Shown here: positions 13,182 to 17,356 of the stretch, one piece after another
Layout: each line of letters opens with the position of its first letter
How positions within the stretch are numbered: position 1 is the stretch's first letter
From: an uncultured bacterium
GTDB taxonomy: Bacteria; JAJVIF01; JAPKYR01
Assembly: GCA_965369865.1 (NCBI GenBank)
Contig: CBDURU010000079.1
Span: forward strand, 1-17,356
Reading direction: 5' to 3'
DNA: 17,356 bases
Made by a program: the position numbers and the translations under genes
Notes under the pieces: model-generated
The model's input: only the letters and a program-made list of their open reading frames with translations
The model's database searches: none
What the model was told of the DNA's origin: nothing

Positions 13182-16100
13182 TCACCACCATAAGCCGTCC
13201 GGCCGGAATTTCATCACGAATGACGCCCAGGTACTAGTGCTGCTGTGAATATCCGTGCCGGAGCTTGGATCGAAATCGACATCGCCGTCGAAAATCCCGG
13301 TTACATAAACTCCCGAAGTTCCGAATACAGCAATCCCCCTGTTAAAAACATATTCAATGGACCCTGAGTTGACACTCCCCCAGTTATGTCCCCACTGGTA
13401 ATTTCCATCCTGGTCCAGACTTACAAGAATTCCATCCCAGGCGCCAACAGCAGACCTGTTGTCCGTGCCAGACCCCGGATCCAGGTCAATTTCCTCCGCA
13501 ATAATCCCGCTCATGAAAATATTATTTTCATCATCCGTTATAACGGCTGTACATAACATCTTATCGTAGGCGGATGCCTGCCAGGTGTCGGCCCACAGGA
13601 AATCCCCCTGCGAGTCAAACTTGCTGAGATAACCCGCATCACCTTCAAACATCTGGATACCGGAACCCGGGTCAAGATCCTTAGTGCCTTCGAAACCTCC
13701 GATGACAAGCACATTATCCAGGCTATCTACAGTTACATAACTTCCACCCCAATGGTGCCATAACATGGTCCAGTAAGGTAACTCGCAAAAGCCGATCGCT
13801 TCCCATGTTTTAACCCAGACAAACTCACCTGATCCGGTCCACTTAAGGAGGTAGACATCACCATAGGTTCCGGAAGATGTGTGTTCAACAACGCCAACGC
13901 CCGGATCGAAATCGACTGTGCCCATGAACCCACCGGTGACGTATATATCGCTGTTACTATCAGTGGCTACACCGAAAGCAGTTTCACCGGACAGGGACCC
14001 GGTATTGATACTCCCCCATGTCTGTACCCACAAGTAATCGCCATTTGCTGCAAATTTTGTGAGAAAAGCATCAAAACCCCCACCATTATATCCGTTGGAA
14101 AATTCGAAATCGGTCAATGGACCCGGATCGAAATCGCAGAGCCCACGGAAGATACCCACTACGTAAACTTCATCAAATTCATCCACTGCGACTCCGGTGC
14201 CTCTTTCCCACCAGTCGGGCATTCCGGACAACTCCCCTCCCCAGGTTCGTGCCCACTGGAAATCACCTCCGGAATTGTACTTAACCAGGAAAATATCCGA
14301 CACCCCGTTACAGGTATGGATATCCTCGCCAGGACCAGGGTCGAAATCCTCCGTCACGGTAAAAACACCCGTTACGTAAATATTATCGCTACTGTCAATA
14401 GCTATTCCTTCCCCGGCACATATGAAATCATGACCCTCCGGCCACGTAACTTCCCAGTTCAAAACCCCAAGCGGGCTAAATTTTCTCAGCACCGCCCTGT
14501 TATCAGATTCGTGGTCGAAGCCAGTGACCAGGATATCCCCATTGCTGTCAGTAGCCACTTCGTTGTGCCATTGGTCACTCTGATCGGTCAAAGTCTGAAC
14601 CCATCCCAGCTCCTCCGGTGAGAGAATTGTAATTTCTATCGGCACATCCAGGAGATCCCACGATCCCTCATCGTCCGTCACCCGAAGCTGTACCTGGTAC
14701 GTACCGCCCGTGTCCCATGAATGGCTTGTCACCATAGTTTCCTCGACAAAATTCAGATCGCCGTCCCAGTCCCATTCATACATGACGATCGACTCATTTC
14801 CCTCATCGTTGTCGTGGGAAGCGGAAGCATCGAAATCGATTAATTCACCAATACCGGTAATATCAATATTCGCAAAAGCTTCCGCGGTCGGGAGTTGATC
14901 CGGCTCGTAAACCAAGATTTCAATCGGAGCATCGAGGAGGTCGGTCGATCCTTCATCGTCGGTGACACGGAGCTGGACTTCGTAAAGTCCAGGCGTATCC
15001 CATGAATGGCTTGTTTCCGCGGTTTCCTCAATGAAGATCAAATCGCCGGTCCAGTCCCATTCGTACATGACAATGGATTCGCCGGCTTCGTCGTTATCAT
15101 GTGAGCCGGTTGCGTCGAAAAAGATTAATTCATCCATCGCGGTGGAAATATCACTCGACTCCGCTACTGCGGTAGGGAGTTCATCGGGCACGTTGATCGT
15201 GATTTCAATCGGTTCGTCAAGGAGGTCTGTCTCCCCTTCGTCGTCGGTTACACGAAGTTGTACCTGGTAAATTCCGATTGTCGCCCACGAATGGCTGGTC
15301 ACCATAGTTTCCTCGACAAAATTCATATCGCCGTTCCAGTCCCATTCAAATGTGACAATAGATTCACCAGCCTCGTCATTATCGTGGGAGCCTGTGGCGT
15401 CGAAGTCGATCGGGACATCGGTTTCACAGGTATACGTACTCGGAACAGCTTCCGCTGTCGGCGGCAGGTCAGAGCCTAGAATTGTAATTTCAATCGCTTC
15501 ATCGAGAAGATCTGTTGAGCCTTCATCGTCGGTTACACGTAACTGCACAAAATAAGTTCCCGAAATAGCCCACGAATGGCTGGCCACAACCGGCCCCTCG
15601 ACAAAATTCTCATCGCCGTTCCAGTCCCATTCGTATTTGACTATAGACTCGCCAGCTTCGTCGTTGTCATGGGAAGTGGATGCATCGAATTCGATCGATT
15701 CACCGACATTTGCAGTATTCTTGTCAGCAACAGCCTCTGCGGTCGGGAGTTCATCGACGAACGCTATAACTTCGATGTTGAACAACTGGTAAGCGGTCAG
15801 GTCGAGCCAGGGTTGTCCCACGGGATCATTTTGCGTATCTTCCACACTCACAAGGCACATGTACTCACCAACTCCAGCATAATTACTATTGGTAATGATT
15901 ACCTTCCAGATGCTGTAGCCATCGCCGTCCCCGGCATACATGGCCGTCTTTGTCCCGCCAAACAATTCAGGGCATTCAACCAGCGGGAAGAAGTAAGTCT
16001 GTTTTCCCTGCCAGTCATAAACGTCGATTGTCAGGATTGTTTCGTCGCTGTCCCCGATCGGGTCGCCGCTGACCTCAATTTTCCATGGTTCCGGGCTGTT

Positions 16101-16910
16101 GGCATCCAGGCCGAAATCAGTCATAGGGTCCACCACAGGATTAACCAACGGCATTGCCCAGTTCGCGTCGACCGCGTAACCGATCACAAAAGGACCCGTT
16201 GTGATTTTAAGAGAATATGTTTTAGTGTCGGATGCAGCCGCATAGAGGGCGTAACGAGTGTTTGCCGCGTCGTCCGACCAGTGCCGTATGTAACCATTCA
16301 AAGTTCCATTCGGAGGATCGGGTGTGGTGATTTTTCCTTTGAAATAAGTCAGAAAATCCGGTGCCGCACCGAGAGTTGTGATGTTGTAAAGTGCGGTATA
16401 TCCATCGGCGTTCAGTAGAGCGCCATTCCCGAGTGAGATATCGGAGGTTATCAGTCCCGCATCCGGAAATCCATGGCTGGCATCGAACATCATAATTCCG
16501 CGTACATCGAAAACGGTGAAATCAGGACTTGGAAGAGGGTGAGTTATCTGGATATCGACATCAAGCACACCCGGTTCGGGAATGTTAAATCCGACAATTT
16601 TGAAGCAGTCGGTGCATGGAGCCTGCTCGAGGAATTTCAAAATATTCAGATGCAATCCGGCATCGCGCAACGGTACATTTTCGATCTCGATATTTTCGGG
16701 ATCGGTCGGATCGATGTAAACCAGGTTATACGTCAGGGCAAATCTGTTGCCGGTTCCTGAAGATTCCCGAACGGTCTCACCGGTCAGATCGATTGATGAA
16801 TCTGTTTCACCGGGAATGACGGGCGACGATGTATCTTTACCACCGGAACACCCATAGAATAAAACCACAATAAGAAATGCGGTCAGAATAAAAGACCATT
16901 TAAATCGCAT
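13182..16910 (-). CDS. Predicted lipoprotein: family N-terminal region, four tandem PKD domains and a C-terminal SBBP-like beta-propeller
   Basis: GGGAGG SD; signal peptide with lipobox-like FYG-C; 4x PTA..FDA..SHDNDE.GESIV..EWDW.GD..HSW..G.Y.VQLRVTDDEG; propeller repeats of the type GIAIDSSDNIYVTG...DFDPGPG...DIFLVK...W. Confidence 0.92.
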   Translation of the reverse strand: MRFKWSFILTAFLIVVLFYGCSGGKDTSSPVIPGETDSSIDLTGETVRESSGTGNRFALTYNLVYIDPTDPENIEIENVPLRDAGLHLNILKFLEQAPCTDCFKIVGFNIPEPGVLDVDIQITHPLPSPDFTVFDVRGIMMFDASHGFPDAGLITSDISLGNGALLNADGYTALYNITTLGAAPDFLTYFKGKITTPDPPNGTLNGYIRHWSDDAANTRYALYAAASDTKTYSLKITTGPFVIGYAVDANWAMPLVNPVVDPMTDFGLDANSPEPWKIEVSGDPIGDSDETILTIDVYDWQGKQTYFFPLVECPELFGGTKTAMYAGDGDGYSIWKVIITNSNYAGVGEYMCLVSVEDTQNDPVGQPWLDLTAYQLFNIEVIAFVDELPTAEAVADKNTANVGESIEFDASTSHDNDEAGESIVKYEWDWNGDENFVEGPVVASHSWAISGTYFVQLRVTDDEGSTDLLDEAIEITILGSDLPPTAEAVPSTYTCETDVPIDFDATGSHDNDEAGESIVTFEWDWNGDMNFVEETMVTSHSWATIGIYQVQLRVTDDEGETDLLDEPIEITINVPDELPTAVAESSDISTAMDELIFFDATGSHDNDEAGESIVMYEWDWTGDLIFIEETAETSHSWDTPGLYEVQLRVTDDEGSTDLLDAPIEILVYEPDQLPTAEAFANIDITGIGELIDFDASASHDNDEGNESIVMYEWDWDGDLNFVEETMVTSHSWDTGGTYQVQLRVTDDEGSWDLLDVPIEITILSPEELGWVQTLTDQSDQWHNEVATDSNGDILVTGFDHESDNRAVLRKFSPLGVLNWEVTWPEGHDFICAGEGIAIDSSDNIYVTGVFTVTEDFDPGPGEDIHTCNGVSDIFLVKYNSGGDFQWARTWGGELSGMPDWWERGTGVAVDEFDEVYVVGIFRGLCDFDPGPLTDFEFSNGYNGGGFDAFLTKFAANGDYLWVQTWGSINTGSLSGETAFGVATDSNSDIYVTGGFMGTVDFDPGVGVVEHTSSGTYGDVYLLKWTGSGEFVWVKTWEAIGFCELPYWTMLWHHWGGSYVTVDSLDNVLVIGGFEGTKDLDPGSGIQMFEGDAGYLSKFDSQGDFLWADTWQASAYDKMLCTAVITDDENNIFMSGIIAEEIDLDPGSGTDNRSAVGAWDGILVSLDQDGNYQWGHNWGSVNSGSIEYVFNRGIAVFGTSGVYVTGIFDGDVDFDPSSGTDIHSSTSTWASFVMKFRPDGLWW
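14625..15755 (-). repeat. Four tandem PKD-domain coding repeats (about 94-95 aa each)
   Basis: Four near-identical SHDNDE(A/G)..ESIV and VQLRVTDDEG blocks; DNA similarity is visible, e.g. accatagtttcctcgacaaaattca occurs at 14731 and 15301. Confidence 0.88.
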
Positions 16911-16940
16911 ATCTGATCCTCCCTTTCGGAGTAAGAATTT

Positions 16941-17315
16941 TCACCAACTACCATCGGACAGGAATTTTGACAGGAATCCAGCCCACAAATCACTGCTGTG
17001 AATTTCCGATCCCGGTCCGGGATCGAAATCAACATCCCCAACGAAATTCCCGCAGACATATATGCTTGATGTTCCGTACGTCGCTACTCCCCAGCTATCC
17101 ACGAGTTCATATGCCCATGGATTGACGCTTCCCCAGTTTCGTCCCCAAAGGTAAGTACCGTCCGGGTCAAGTTTTACCAATATTGCGTCACGTATCGCAC
17201 CTGGAGATCGTATATCAGTTCCGGGTCCCGGATCAAGGTCAATTTCCTCTGAAATTGCCCCTCCCATGATAACATTATCAGCACTGTCTGCCACTACTGA
17301 GTACAACAACATCAT
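16941..17315 (-). pseudogene. 5'-truncated fragment encoding only the last part of an SBBP-like propeller, paralogous to the C-terminus of the adjacent 1242-aa protein
   Basis: About 66/117 identities by hand to the last ~120 aa of 13182..16910; in-frame TAG at 17337-17339 and no recognisable homology in any minus-strand frame between about 17316 and the window edge. Confidence 0.65.
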
Positions 17316-17356
17316 TAACAAATCCGCAACGGACAACTATTCCTGCATTCACCTTC

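Noticed and set aside
13881..16418. Long plus-strand ORFs 13881..14621 and 15576..16418 (also 12506..13180, 7564..8121, 4275..4799, 806..1216)
   Set aside because: They are antisense shadows of well-supported genes and have no recognisable motifs
13182..17336. Diversity-generating retroelement TR/VR pair (fragment versus the 1242-aa C-terminus)
   Set aside because: Divergence is high (about 56% aa identity) and not visibly adenine-specific; no reverse transcriptase in the window

Overview
Bacterial chromosomal window from a diderm (LPS-producing) organism, about 50% GC by eye. Left to right: an orphan TadE-like pseudopilin gene (-); a 75-aa flagellar rod/hook-terminus-like gene with a clear sigma28 promoter (-); a glycerophosphodiester phosphodiesterase; kdsB; a fused waaA(kdtA)-lpxK gene; mnmG (gidA); and three large predicted lipoproteins plus a 5'-truncated fragment of a fourth paralog. 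The most notable system is the lipoprotein family. All three full-length genes share an N-terminal region of about 330 aa that I do not recognise (VPxR...HLNI...CxxC...DxR...DWQ...CP), joined to different C-terminal cargoes: a repeat beta-propeller, a TolB/PD40-like propeller, or 4xPKD plus an SBBP-like propeller. One junction coincides with a GC drop. Intergenic DNA carries a dispersed 43-bp repeat (19-61 and 8621-8663), a REP-like cluster, a 39-bp duplication of the lpxK 3' end and a GATAC-rich structured segment. Several promoters suggest leaderless or short-leader housekeeping mRNAs. All calls come from reading motifs by eye; no searches were run.
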